A stretch of DNA of 24,544 nt from a virus. Its lineage: Duplodnaviria > Caudoviricetes. Shown here in pieces: positions 17,301 to 24,544 of this stretch. The notes beneath the pieces are model-generated. The model was not told the DNA's origin. It saw nothing but the letters and a program-made list of their open reading frames with translations, and ran no database searches. The DNA is taken from positions 1-24,544 of IMG/VR virus record IMGVR_UViG_3300046002_006445; one strand, written 5' to 3'. How positions within the stretch are numbered: the first letter of the stretch is position 1; every line of letters starts with the position of its first letter. Both the position numbers and the translations under genes were made by a program.

Positions 17301-20300
17301 ATGATACGATTCTGCTAATTTGATATTATTATCATCTAATTTAATTACAAAATATTCTCTTTGATTTACTAAAGAGGTAATAGGAGTAGATGCTTCGTAG
17401 ATAACTTTATCACCTGTATTTAATTTGTGCGCTGGTATATTAATATATGATAATGTTGATCCAACACCAACCTGAGTAGAACCAAAACTTACAGGATTTA
17501 CAACTAATTTTGCGTTAGTATCATTGTACTTTAAAATTACCGATTCAGACTTATTAGCAACAAGATCTAGTTCTATTTGATCATTAATTTGCAATCCATG
17601 ATTTACATTTGTAATGATCTGGGCTCTATTTCTAGTAATACTTCCAATTAAATCATTTTTTAAAGCAGTGAACCCATGTACATTACCTCTGAAAGTTGAA
17701 ATTCCAGTAAAATATAATCTAGTTGATGTACTACCTATTCCTGCTAACGTGGTTACAATACCAATGTTATCATTATCAACTTTAACTGCATAAACAATTT
17801 GATTATTTTGTAATGTAATTGTTGGTGTTAAAGATGAATTTGATGAGCATGTTAAGCCAGCACCAGCAATAAAGGTGTACTTTAATTTTTGTCCATTCTC
17901 ATACCCGTGCCCAGGTAAGAATATGTTTCTTGCATCAATATTGTATAGTTTTCTAAGTCTAACGATGCCAGTGGTAGCAACACCGACCACAGATGTGCTA
18001 TTATGATTAAGTAAAATTGATGTAGATGATGCGGATACAACTGCAGCTTCAGTAATGCTTAAGGATCCACCAGATACTTGAACATAATCTCCAACTTTAA
18101 AAGGATTTGCTGCAAAATTGATACGTGTGTAAGAACCTTGTCCAGTTTGAACACCAACATAAATTGCAGATATACCATATCCAACTAATGTTCTTGTGGT
18201 TGTAGTTCCAACACCAACTGATGTTTGTGGATCAAAATATTCGGTTTTATTTTCTCTTAAAGGAGCATTTGTAGTAAAACCAGATACATTATATGTGAAA
18301 TAACGTTGATCTAAAGAAACTTCTCTACCAGTTGTGTGTGCAGTGCCTAAAGTTGAATTATACTGCCTTAATACTTTATAAGCACCAGTGTTTCTATTTG
18401 CATCTAGAATTAAAAATCTTTCACTATTGATGCCAATAATGTCATTAATTTTAATTCTACCAGTAAATGATTTTTCCAGTAATGAAACATCTGTTGTCAT
18501 GCCAGTAACGCCAGTAGTTCCAATACCAACTTCTAAAATAGTGGTAATTGAAGAAACTCCAACTCTGTATGTTCCCTCAAAAGATTTAAATGCATAAGTA
18601 CTGATACCAGAAACGTTAACTACATCTCCATCTGATAATTTGTGAGGAATTGATGTAATACCAGTTACCAAATCATTATTGTAAATAAATTCAACTCCAC
18701 TAAAAGTAGTAGATGCATAGCTAACTGAATTAATGGTTTTTCCTAAAATTTCAGAAACTTCTGCGTCAGCTCCTCTACCAAAACTATCAGTATTGTTGAA
18801 TACAATATTATCTCCAACTCTATATCCATCTCCAGAGAGTAATACACGTACAGATGAAATTCCAGCAGCATATACTGCAACTACTTCTGATTTTTCTCTT
18901 TCAGATTTAACTTGAGGGGCTGCAAAATAATTTGTTTCTGGAGTTGTTAATTTATAAGGAGTTGTATTTCTTAAAATATCTGTCTCTAAGATCTCCAAAT
19001 AATTCTGTAATTTTGAAAAATCATAGTTAAATTTATCAACATCGCTTCTAAAATTATTTAAAATATATGGGAAGTTATTACGTGTTGCAAAATATGCATA
19101 TGTTCCAGTTGGAAATTCTGGTGTAATGCAATATCTTCCATTATACTCATCCAAATCGCCATCACCACTATATTCATAATCTTCAACAAAAAATCCTGCT
19201 GGGAAGTTTGGTCTATTTGACTTTGAAACTAAGATATAGCTAGATTCTATTTCTGTTAAATTGGAAATAGATTTTGGATTTTTAGACCCATAAGGACCAT
19301 AAATTGGGTTACCATCATATGCCCATCCGATAATTGGTGAATGTGTAGTATTAATACCAACTTCTACCAAAGAGGAATTGATATTGTCATTTAATAAGTA
19401 TCTTAATGATCTTGGAGCAGTAACAGATACAGCTTGATTAAAGTTATTGTTTTTATTAAATGGCTCAACAATAATTAAATCATCTGTATTATTTGGATTT
19501 GTTAATTGAGCTTCATGCTTTTTGTAAGTATTAACTGTCCATCTTTGAATATTGGGCGATAAAATGCAACCACTGCCACTAGTGACTACAGTTAGTTCAG
19601 TGTTGTTTGAATTATATCCAGAACCAGAATCTATAACATCAACAGAAACTAAAACACCATTTTCAATTCTTGGGAAAAGTTTAGCGTATTTGCCATCTCC
19701 ACTAATTGTAATTGATGGTGTGGAGACATATCCAGAACCACCATTTAATACATAAACTTCATCAATACCGCCATTATTAATGATTGGTGCAATTACTGCA
19801 CCAGAACCACTGGAAGCCGTGCAAGTTGGTTTTCTATCGAAGTTTAAAATATCTTCAGAACCATAAGAAATACCACCTTCAGATACAAAAATGCCATCAA
19901 CAAAACCAGTTACAACAGGAACTGCAGTAGCTTGTGTCGTATTAATATTTGAAGATTGAGTTGTTGAAATACCGCTAACATTAGAATTATTTGGAAGACC
20001 TGCTACATAAATTGTAATATCGGGGTATTTAAAAGTATGAGTTCCTGAGCCAAAGTTATCAAGTCTTACATAATTATTTGTTTTATAATTTTCTGAAGTA
20101 AACGTAGTTCCAATGCCAGCAGAAGCTAATCTAAACTTGTCAGAATCAATTTTTATAGCTTGGTATTGAATTGCCGAAGATAAGCCAGAAATATTAACGG
20201 ATGAGCTAAAATATTCAATTACATCACCAGATTCAAATCCGTGATTTTTTGCAAAAATATAATTATCTAAGGTATTAATTCCAACGATAGCGGTTTTAAT

Positions 20301-23090
20301 ATCTTTGTAGTCTTGTGGTGGATATTGTTGTGAAGGAATTAATACTTTTTTATTTCTATAATTACTGCCAGGATTAGTAACAACAATTTTATCAATTACA
20401 TTTCTCACAGTGCTGGATACTAGTTGATGACTTCCAGATCCTACACGAGTTAAATTGATAGTGTTAATTCCTGCTAAAGCATCTGATTTTCTTGTTGTGA
20501 GTGAAAGATCTGTCTCTGTTTTGACAATTACATAATATTTTGAATTATTAATTAAAAATTCTGTTGTATTATTATTGCCTGTAGTACCAATTCCAATAGC
20601 AGTATTGCCTAATGTTTTATAAACAACTTCTTCACCATTAGAAAATTTGTGATATGTACCAAAACCAATAATATCCGTGCTAGTATTGACTCCTGCGATT
20701 GAATTAAATTTGATTGAATTTAATACAGATCTCAGTCTAGCCTCAGCAGTTGCTCCAGAACCATTTCCACCTAAAATTGTAACAACTGGTGCTGTTTTAT
20801 AATCATATCCTGGATTTGTAACAATTACATTAGTTAATGAACCAGAAACATGGGCAACACCAGTAGCTCCAAAACCTACAGAATCTGATATTAGTAATTG
20901 CGGTGGATTGATAACATCATAATTTCTTCCCGAATTTAAAACATCAACTGATTCAATTTGACCATAATACGCAGTATCTGAAAATTTGTTGGATATAATT
21001 TCTACACCATTAACCAAAATACCAATAGGACCTGTTTTTACTACTTCTTCAGGATTTTTATTCTTGGGTGTTATAGGTATCCTTTTTAAAATATTTTGAT
21101 TGCCTAAAAGTTTTTTGCTTTGAGATGCCTCACAAATAGTGTAACCATTAACTCCATTTCCATTAATTAATTGAATATAATCATTAATGAAAATTCTCGA
21201 CTGGCTAAAAGCTAATTTTATATTATTATTATCTATTTTTTTAACAAAAAATATACCAGTATTGATTCCTGATATTGAGTTACCGTTTGAATCAAAAACT
21301 ACCTTATCACCAGAATAATACCCATGATTAATAATATTAATAACATCAGTAGTTCCAGTTCCAACACTAAAATATTTTAATTTTGATAGTGCTGGTATTC
21401 CAGCAGTAATATCATATGATGGCAATCCAGAAGATGTAACATAAAGATTTTTCTTTTCTCTGTCAATATAAGTATTTTGAATATCTGATACTAAAGAAGT
21501 TACTTCATCAAATGATGTACCAACTCCAGAAGAATACTTAATATTTCTTCTGGCAACATATGATGATGTTTGTGATAATGAACCAGAAAAACTAAACGTA
21601 AATGAATCCGATGTATTCGTTTGAATTACAGTACCATCAATCTCTTGTAAACTTTGAGTATCAATTAAAGTTACACTATCATTAATTCTAAAGCCATGAG
21701 CTTGCTTTGTATTGATAGTAGATGGTGACGATGGCGATACAACACCAAATTGTCTTGGTTGAACTTCTACTTCATAAACTAAATTATATAACCAATGATC
21801 AAATTTACCATTATACGTGTTAGGAATAACTTCTTCACCTAAAGTTTTTACCTTAATTTCATCACCAACTGACAAATACTTAGTGTTTTCTGCTAAGGTT
21901 ACGTTTTTATCGAGTTGCGCTGTTACACGCATGATAACAGGAAGAGTTTCATCACCATTTTCATAAGAATAAATGAAACTATTTTGAGCAATGTCAGAAT
22001 ATAAAGCCAAGCTAGTAGTTAACCCGACACAGTTGAAGAATTGTGTGCTAGACTTTGTTGTATAAGTTACAATCCCGCTGTTAATATACAATTCACCAGA
22101 TTCTGCAAAACCAATTGTAGAATCTACCGTAATTGTGCTAGAATTGGAAGCAGTATCAACAGTACATTTTGTATTTGGGCAAACTGCAAACTCACCAACT
22201 GTAGAGTCTAAACTTAATTTAATCTGATAAAATCCACTACCAGCAATATTAATAAGTTGAGAATCATACACATAGCTTGATGCTTGTGGTGAATCTTGGA
22301 ATATTCCTTGTCCTCTAATATTTTCTACATTACCACTAATTCTTTGAACAATAAGATTTTTAGTAACTAGCCATTCTGCATTAGAAGGTTTAATTAAATA
22401 ATCTTGTGGTTTAATAATATCAGCTTTTGTTTCACCGTATAAAACTTTAAAAAGAATTTTAATAGATTCATCTGTACCCTTTGATCTATAAAAATCTTTT
22501 GCAAAAGTTAAAAATTTGCCCTTATTTAGCCCATCGGCTAATTCTCTATCTTCAAATCCTGGTAAAAACTGTGCTCTTAGCTTCTTCCAGAATTCTACAG
22601 AAAACAGATTACTTAAATTATAAACTGTATCAGTATTAATATGTGCTTCAGCAGCAGTTTCTGAAAATACAAGATATTCAGGATAATTTGTTTTGTGTAA
22701 AGACTCTACACCACTGAATCCACGAACACACCCATAAAAATTAGTTTCATCTTTACTAGTGTATGTAATAATTTCTGTGCCAATTTTAAGCAAACCATAT
22801 GACTGGGGCCATGCAGCCGTAGATTCAACGGCAATGGTTTCATCGTAAGTTTCAATATCAGCAGTTAAAGTTGTAGAACCATCAAGATATAGTGTTTCCT
22901 GGAAATTCTCAAAGTTTAAATATTGATCAATATTTTCACTTAAATCAATAGCGCCTCCTTGGCGATCCATTGAAATATAATATTGCTTTAAAAATTCTAC
23001 AAACAGAGGATTTTCTTCGGCAATAAACTGTGGGAGTTGAGTCCCAATAATTTGGTTGGTCTTTATTCTTTGAATCTGCTTATCAATCAT
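11313..23090 (-). CDS. gp7: Giant baseplate wedge initiator gp7-like protein (3925 aa), multi-domain
   Basis: Lies between gp6 and gp8. The N-terminal QLPQFIAEENPLFVEFLKQYY and KDFYRSKGTDESIKILFKVLYG (KGT at aa 204-206), and the internal IQDSDYYQNFSYSIKS...W...V..LVHSVGF (aa ~2461), match recalled gp7-like core motifs of T4-like aquatic phages. The frame is uninterrupted for 11.8 kb. Confidence 0.85.
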   Translation of the reverse strand: MIDKQIQRIKTNQIIGTQLPQFIAEENPLFVEFLKQYYISMDRQGGAIDLSENIDQYLNFENFQETLYLDGSTTLTADIETYDETIAVESTAAWPQSYGLLKIGTEIITYTSKDETNFYGCVRGFSGVESLHKTNYPEYLVFSETAAEAHINTDTVYNLSNLFSVEFWKKLRAQFLPGFEDRELADGLNKGKFLTFAKDFYRSKGTDESIKILFKVLYGETKADIIKPQDYLIKPSNAEWLVTKNLIVQRISGNVENIRGQGIFQDSPQASSYVYDSQLINIAGSGFYQIKLSLDSTVGEFAVCPNTKCTVDTASNSSTITVDSTIGFAESGELYINSGIVTYTTKSSTQFFNCVGLTTSLALYSDIAQNSFIYSYENGDETLPVIMRVTAQLDKNVTLAENTKYLSVGDEIKVKTLGEEVIPNTYNGKFDHWLYNLVYEVEVQPRQFGVVSPSSPSTINTKQAHGFRINDSVTLIDTQSLQEIDGTVIQTNTSDSFTFSFSGSLSQTSSYVARRNIKYSSGVGTSFDEVTSLVSDIQNTYIDREKKNLYVTSSGLPSYDITAGIPALSKLKYFSVGTGTTDVINIINHGYYSGDKVVFDSNGNSISGINTGIFFVKKIDNNNIKLAFSQSRIFINDYIQLINGNGVNGYTICEASQSKKLLGNQNILKRIPITPKNKNPEEVVKTGPIGILVNGVEIISNKFSDTAYYGQIESVDVLNSGRNYDVINPPQLLISDSVGFGATGVAHVSGSLTNVIVTNPGYDYKTAPVVTILGGNGSGATAEARLRSVLNSIKFNSIAGVNTSTDIIGFGTYHKFSNGEEVVYKTLGNTAIGIGTTGNNNTTEFLINNSKYYVIVKTETDLSLTTRKSDALAGINTINLTRVGSGSHQLVSSTVRNVIDKIVVTNPGSNYRNKKVLIPSQQYPPQDYKDIKTAIVGINTLDNYIFAKNHGFESGDVIEYFSSSVNISGLSSAIQYQAIKIDSDKFRLASAGIGTTFTSENYKTNNYVRLDNFGSGTHTFKYPDITIYVAGLPNNSNVSGISTTQSSNINTTQATAVPVVTGFVDGIFVSEGGISYGSEDILNFDRKPTCTASSGSGAVIAPIINNGGIDEVYVLNGGSGYVSTPSITISGDGKYAKLFPRIENGVLVSVDVIDSGSGYNSNNTELTVVTSGSGCILSPNIQRWTVNTYKKHEAQLTNPNNTDDLIIVEPFNKNNNFNQAVSVTAPRSLRYLLNDNINSSLVEVGINTTHSPIIGWAYDGNPIYGPYGSKNPKSISNLTEIESSYILVSKSNRPNFPAGFFVEDYEYSGDGDLDEYNGRYCITPEFPTGTYAYFATRNNFPYILNNFRSDVDKFNYDFSKLQNYLEILETDILRNTTPYKLTTPETNYFAAPQVKSEREKSEVVAVYAAGISSVRVLLSGDGYRVGDNIVFNNTDSFGRGADAEVSEILGKTINSVSYASTTFSGVEFIYNNDLVTGITSIPHKLSDGDVVNVSGISTYAFKSFEGTYRVGVSSITTILEVGIGTTGVTGMTTDVSLLEKSFTGRIKINDIIGINSERFLILDANRNTGAYKVLRQYNSTLGTAHTTGREVSLDQRYFTYNVSGFTTNAPLRENKTEYFDPQTSVGVGTTTTRTLVGYGISAIYVGVQTGQGSYTRINFAANPFKVGDYVQVSGGSLSITEAAVVSASSTSILLNHNSTSVVGVATTGIVRLRKLYNIDARNIFLPGHGYENGQKLKYTFIAGAGLTCSSNSSLTPTITLQNNQIVYAVKVDNDNIGIVTTLAGIGSTSTRLYFTGISTFRGNVHGFTALKNDLIGSITRNRAQIITNVNHGLQINDQIELDLVANKSESVILKYNDTNAKLVVNPVSFGSTQVGVGSTLSYINIPAHKLNTGDKVIYEASTPITSLVNQREYFVIKLDDNNIKLAESYHNATRTNYIELPLNSSGSATQTLSPINPKLNFIRNSTVGFAISDASLQNLKVVFYDSEDFTNPNYEQNVIRAGSPGDGSANTKVTLIIDDTIPDTIYYRAIPVGISSINNNALGLTVDKDNPNAGKITIRNSAYKGAFDIVSVGNSTIFFNLNELPEANSYTPSGVTTTSYVTTSATATGGISDVKVNFAGVGYKFIPGISTITTDSGTGGLVRAYSDTIGKIKTISLSLPGYDYPTDKTISPKADTPIVLRIKNNNRLASVQVLSGGRNYTTPPKLKVIGNDTIILESKVTGNSVTSVTILNNSGGLTEIGPEIIPIFNSNGVAVIDGYSSGTDVTLLLKAPTNGFTSFPFQIGDNVFVEGIVGLGSTGTIGSGYNSEDYGYRNFTVTQRVTTLGSESITYSIAGIGTTAGTFDVTNSAGRVIKTSDLAIFDAIVEPTDFYSEEKVLVNQSSSKIGLNGWDRTRRILKISGRGINPSLGDIVSGAVSGSVGEIEEIITNDSNYSTNSTITLNAASTWLSDSGILNNSLQKIQDSDYYQNFSYSIKSTVPKSTWEEPVNSLVHSVGFKNFSDLVLNSKSLAGIARSDNLKVSIGSSEITTIVAIDNVASMYTRFGFDFGTEEATFLGVSKFVNFANNKLTDYSICNTNKVLKIDDISSQFTGIGSFGTTVGVTSFSLTSQGNALLKKTFDSTNLSVVSAGSSTLFIPGHDFSTGEELVYNPGPGGSFISIASTNRTVTGVTTTKLPTTVFAYKVNSNIIKLSGIKTDATTNNIFFTFAAFSGVGSTVGAGQTHRLATNFNVANTRAVITIDNIIQSPLYRKKVSTALASNIGAAATTITLTGITSIATNTLLQVDSEILQASVVGFGSTNVVTVSRGVFGTPQTTHTVGAAVTVLGGDYSINDGTIYFVAPPYGPVGVSTLQPGISTNSSFTGRIFYRLNYKENFIFDDISNDFNGSKKVFTLQQNNQDVTGIITGGNSNYGIVLINNINQQPTIDYTIAQRVSPGIGASITFTGTDVESIPRGGVIDRVVAGFGSGYQPLEQAFAVCSVSAGGTIQSVAITTSGSGYRSAPVVSIASTVGGSGGSITATVTNGVISGLTIANGGSGYSQASPPIITVGVPTAYANLNLVGGSGSGAKVNVQVGVGRSVILFDIINRGYGYKPNDVLTITGVPVVTGIGTSAFTLRVSDVITNEFSGWSFGLLDRLDDISQSFNGVRKTFRLTKTVITANPYSIDAGAGSGIDVANNLLIFINDILQQPGRDYIFTGGTQITFTEAPPSGSKFQILFYKGSDADVIDVDISETIKVGDFIKLNKNLPYPDQFNRIVEEITKRDQVQTNNYFDIGISTSPEIRRIIDWTKQTSDLVINNEVVSKARTNYVSRIKPTSRIIKNILASDSTIYIENAFPFFRQLDNYLQEDNEILIVDEVDVAAATGSATVSAASTVENVALTFAGYGYTTSAAPLVSVASTIPQIREIGKTWTVGIITSTGLSYKDLAYGKGLFVAVSDAGYISTSTNLISWSTYNEEPSNFTAIGFGSDKFAIVGDNAEAVVSSLGSQGSWFDSPVFYSRTYNGINFSYILVPSFTRDLKDVAYGNDVFIAVGTGGTSIVSAYGSSGIGTAWVVRSTPITNTLNSITYANNGFVAVGNGGRIVTTVDGYTWNEVPSSASVTTQNLMAVSYVNDKYIAVGMNGTIIYSYNADIWFTATSNTSVELYSIIHTDGVYVITGENGLVLNSIDGINWNKRLAAITTNINKIISYPSGIIGVGTGASYAYSAPEKNRAQFTSTVSAAGTISALTIVDGGFGYNPSAPVQVLISPPSAKYEIVSNVDAVGDFGVITGIGTSATGVSTTSPMLKFNFDCDDRLNVTKYGFIARSGISTGDYFIIKNSCVGNGVTSLDNGATLGIGSTFVDNVYRADGIINDGVSGIVTVFSNVQSISGIGSTSFANCAEYSWGKLYNFNTRTNPEEFKVNLSRGVTGVSTAPVITRINALKEEFT
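11982..12866 (-). repeat. Seven ~40-aa blade repeats (BNR/Ycf48-like beta-propeller) within gp7, aa ~3409-3703
   Basis: Units include LAYGKGLFVAVSDAGYISTSTNLISW, VAYGNDVFIAVGTGG, ITYANNGFVAVGNGGRIVTTVDGYTW, VSYVNDKYIAVGMNGTIIYSYNADIW and IIHTDGVYVITGENGLVLNSIDGINW. Confidence 0.8.
15020..21700 (-). repeat. About nine dispersed H(G/K)x3G(D/E)xV...Y.VxKxDxNxIKL modules within gp7
   Basis: Examples: NHGYYSGDKVVF..FFVKKIDNNNIKLA, YHKFSNGEEVVY, NHGFESGDVIEY..KIDSDKFRLA, GHGYENGQKLKY, AHKLNTGDKVIY..YFVIKLDDNNIKLA, GHDFSTGEELVY. This is a protein-level repeat; boundaries are approximate. Confidence 0.75.
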
Positions 23091-23096
23091 TCTTCG

Positions 23097-24544
23097 TTAT
23101 CTTGTGTAATTTCCGTTGACAAAACTTGAAGTGGTGGTAAATCTAGTTCCAGCTACATTATCACCAGAAGACATAATATCTTTAATCATGGTAAATTTGC
23201 TAGATGAAACATCTAGATTTATGTATAAGTCTTTTAAACCGATAACATCGTTAGATTCAGGAATAGCCTGAATTTCAACGATATTATTTGGCTTACTAGT
23301 TGATGTAATATTGACACTGTTTAATAAAATTTCACCTTTTTCATAATTAACAGTTCCAGCATTATTATTAATGATAACAGGCTCGCCAACAGAATCCAAA
23401 TAGAAGAAAAATATCTTACCAGATGTGGCTGTAATTGGTTGATCAGCAAGATATAACGTGTTAGGATTATTCAAAATCTTAAATCCACTCGATTTAATAG
23501 AATATCCAGAACTACGAACATGGAACTGATTGCCATAACAGATTTCATATTGTGCATTCGTGTTTAGAACAACATTCAAATTCCTTCTTAATTTAATTTT
23601 AGTAATATTAGATGTAATTGCATTACTTGTACTATCAATTAAACTTACAACTTTACTATATTTTACTCTTCCGCCAAATTGATTAGTTTCTTTTGCAGCA
23701 GCATATTCAGTCAAAGATGCAACAACTTGACTTTGTAAATTATTAATGTCACTGACCATATTAGGATTATAGTACACACTTGAGTCTAACTCAACATAAA
23801 GATACTTGAGATCAATAATCTCTGGTACAATACCAGCAATGCTATACTTTTTAAGATCCCTTAAAATTTCTCTTTTTGAAAACAGAGATATGCTAGACCC
23901 ACTCTTAGGTTTAATAACAATAAAAACTTTACCATATTGAGGTGGATCTAATTCTTCGCCGCCATATGCAGATACTGATGCAGCATTTGGATAAATTGCA
24001 GGAATGATGGCTTCATAATCATTTGCTGATACTGCCCTATATTGTGAAGCATAAAGTCTTGGGGCATAATTCTTGATTGACTTAATTGATTCAATCTCTG
24101 CACCATCAGCAGCAGATTCTACTGTTGTGATACTGAGGTTTGTTTGAGGTATGAAAGTGTTAGTATTGTCAAGGATAACTCCATTAAAAGATAAATTAGT
24201 AACACCGTTAGCTTCTTTTCCATTGGTTACAATGTAAGTGGCTTCGATGAAATTATTATTATCAAGTTTCTTTCCGATAATACCATCACCAAAAACTAAT
24301 TCATATTTCTCACCAGAAACTTCTTGAACGAGGTATTTCTTAGATACTGTTGTTAAACCTACAATATTATCAATCTTTTCATATTCTTCTGATACTTCAT
24401 CTCCTTCAGATGGTCTTACCTTAACAACTAATGTTGAAAGATCGACACCTGGGTTAGGAAGAATAAACTTTTGATCTGGTTGTGAATTGTCAACTGTGAA
24501 TGTAGATTTTACAAATGAACCTTCATAAATGCTGATATTTCTAA
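23097..24544 (-). CDS. gp6: Baseplate wedge subunit gp6, 5'-truncated (at least 481 aa in the window)
   Basis: Manual translation shows the frame of the 226-aa ORF stays open to the right edge: ...KYELVFGDGIIGKKL...ESIKSIKNYAPRLYASQYRAVSANDYEAII...AYGGEELDPPQYGKVFIVIKP...YVELDSSVYYNP. These are classic gp6/baseplate-J-like motifs. The GTG at 23777 is an internal Val. Confidence 0.93.
   Translation of the reverse strand, partial: RNISIYEGSFVKSTFTVDNSQPDQKFILPNPGVDLSTLVVKVRPSEGDEVSEEYEKIDNIVGLTTVSKKYLVQEVSGEKYELVFGDGIIGKKLDNNNFIEATYIVTNGKEANGVTNLSFNGVILDNTNTFIPQTNLSITTVESAADGAEIESIKSIKNYAPRLYASQYRAVSANDYEAIIPAIYPNAASVSAYGGEELDPPQYGKVFIVIKPKSGSSISLFSKREILRDLKKYSIAGIVPEIIDLKYLYVELDSSVYYNPNMVSDINNLQSQVVASLTEYAAAKETNQFGGRVKYSKVVSLIDSTSNAITSNITKIKLRRNLNVVLNTNAQYEICYGNQFHVRSSGYSIKSSGFKILNNPNTLYLADQPITATSGKIFFFYLDSVGEPVIINNNAGTVNYEKGEILLNSVNITSTSKPNNIVEIQAIPESNDVIGLKDLYINLDVSSSKFTMIKDIMSSGDNVAGTRFTTTSSFVNGNYTR

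Noticed and set aside
694-19755. Plus-strand ORFs in the track (694-984, 3458-3646, 4725-4994, 7668-7931, 8533-8763, 9684-9878, 10093-10281, 12343-12594, 13549-13824, 14187-14369, 15082-15330, 15394-15690, 18388-18597, 18733-18915, 19552-19755)
   Set aside because: All are short and antisense to long conserved genes. Most are P/V/L/T-rich, as expected from reverse-complemented G/T/N/S codons, and none has a recognisable motif.
23775-23777. GTG start giving a 226-aa protein
   Set aside because: The frame continues upstream without stops to the window end and contains core gp6 motifs, so the true start lies outside the window.
1-24544. Introns, inteins, homing endonucleases, tRNAs, CRISPR arrays, rho-independent terminators, stop-codon recoding
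   Set aside because: Intergenic gaps are at most 30 nt and frames are uninterrupted under the standard code. I saw no intein, HNH or LAGLIDADG motifs, and no GC hairpin followed by a U-tract. This was a by-eye check only.

Overview
The window is an AT-rich, fully minus-strand, gene-dense virion morphogenesis module of a T4-like myovirus. The gene order and giant proteins resemble T4-like cyanophages and related aquatic phages. In transcription order (right to left) it holds: baseplate wedge gp6 (5'-truncated; the frame is open to the window edge, much longer than the ORF track shows), a giant 3925-aa gp7-like wedge initiator, baseplate wedge gp8, a 2486-aa VrlC/DUF4815-like virion protein, three small proteins (73, 113, 69 aa), a 387-aa fibre-like protein, a ~60-aa coiled-coil protein, and the first 13 codons of neck protein gp13 (missed by the ORF track). 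Two T4-type late promoter motifs are present. I saw no RNA genes, CRISPR arrays, introns or mobile elements. The most unusual signal is a short peptide motif, G-[IVLF]-[GSNTA]-[ST] (GIGT, GIST, GVST and similar). By eye it occurs about 75 times across six unrelated structural proteins, and it could be a modification sequon or docking motif for a virion-decorating system (hypothesis). gp7 also carries a split YHYH-like domain and an inserted 7-bladed beta-propeller. All family assignments are from recalled motifs; no searches were run.
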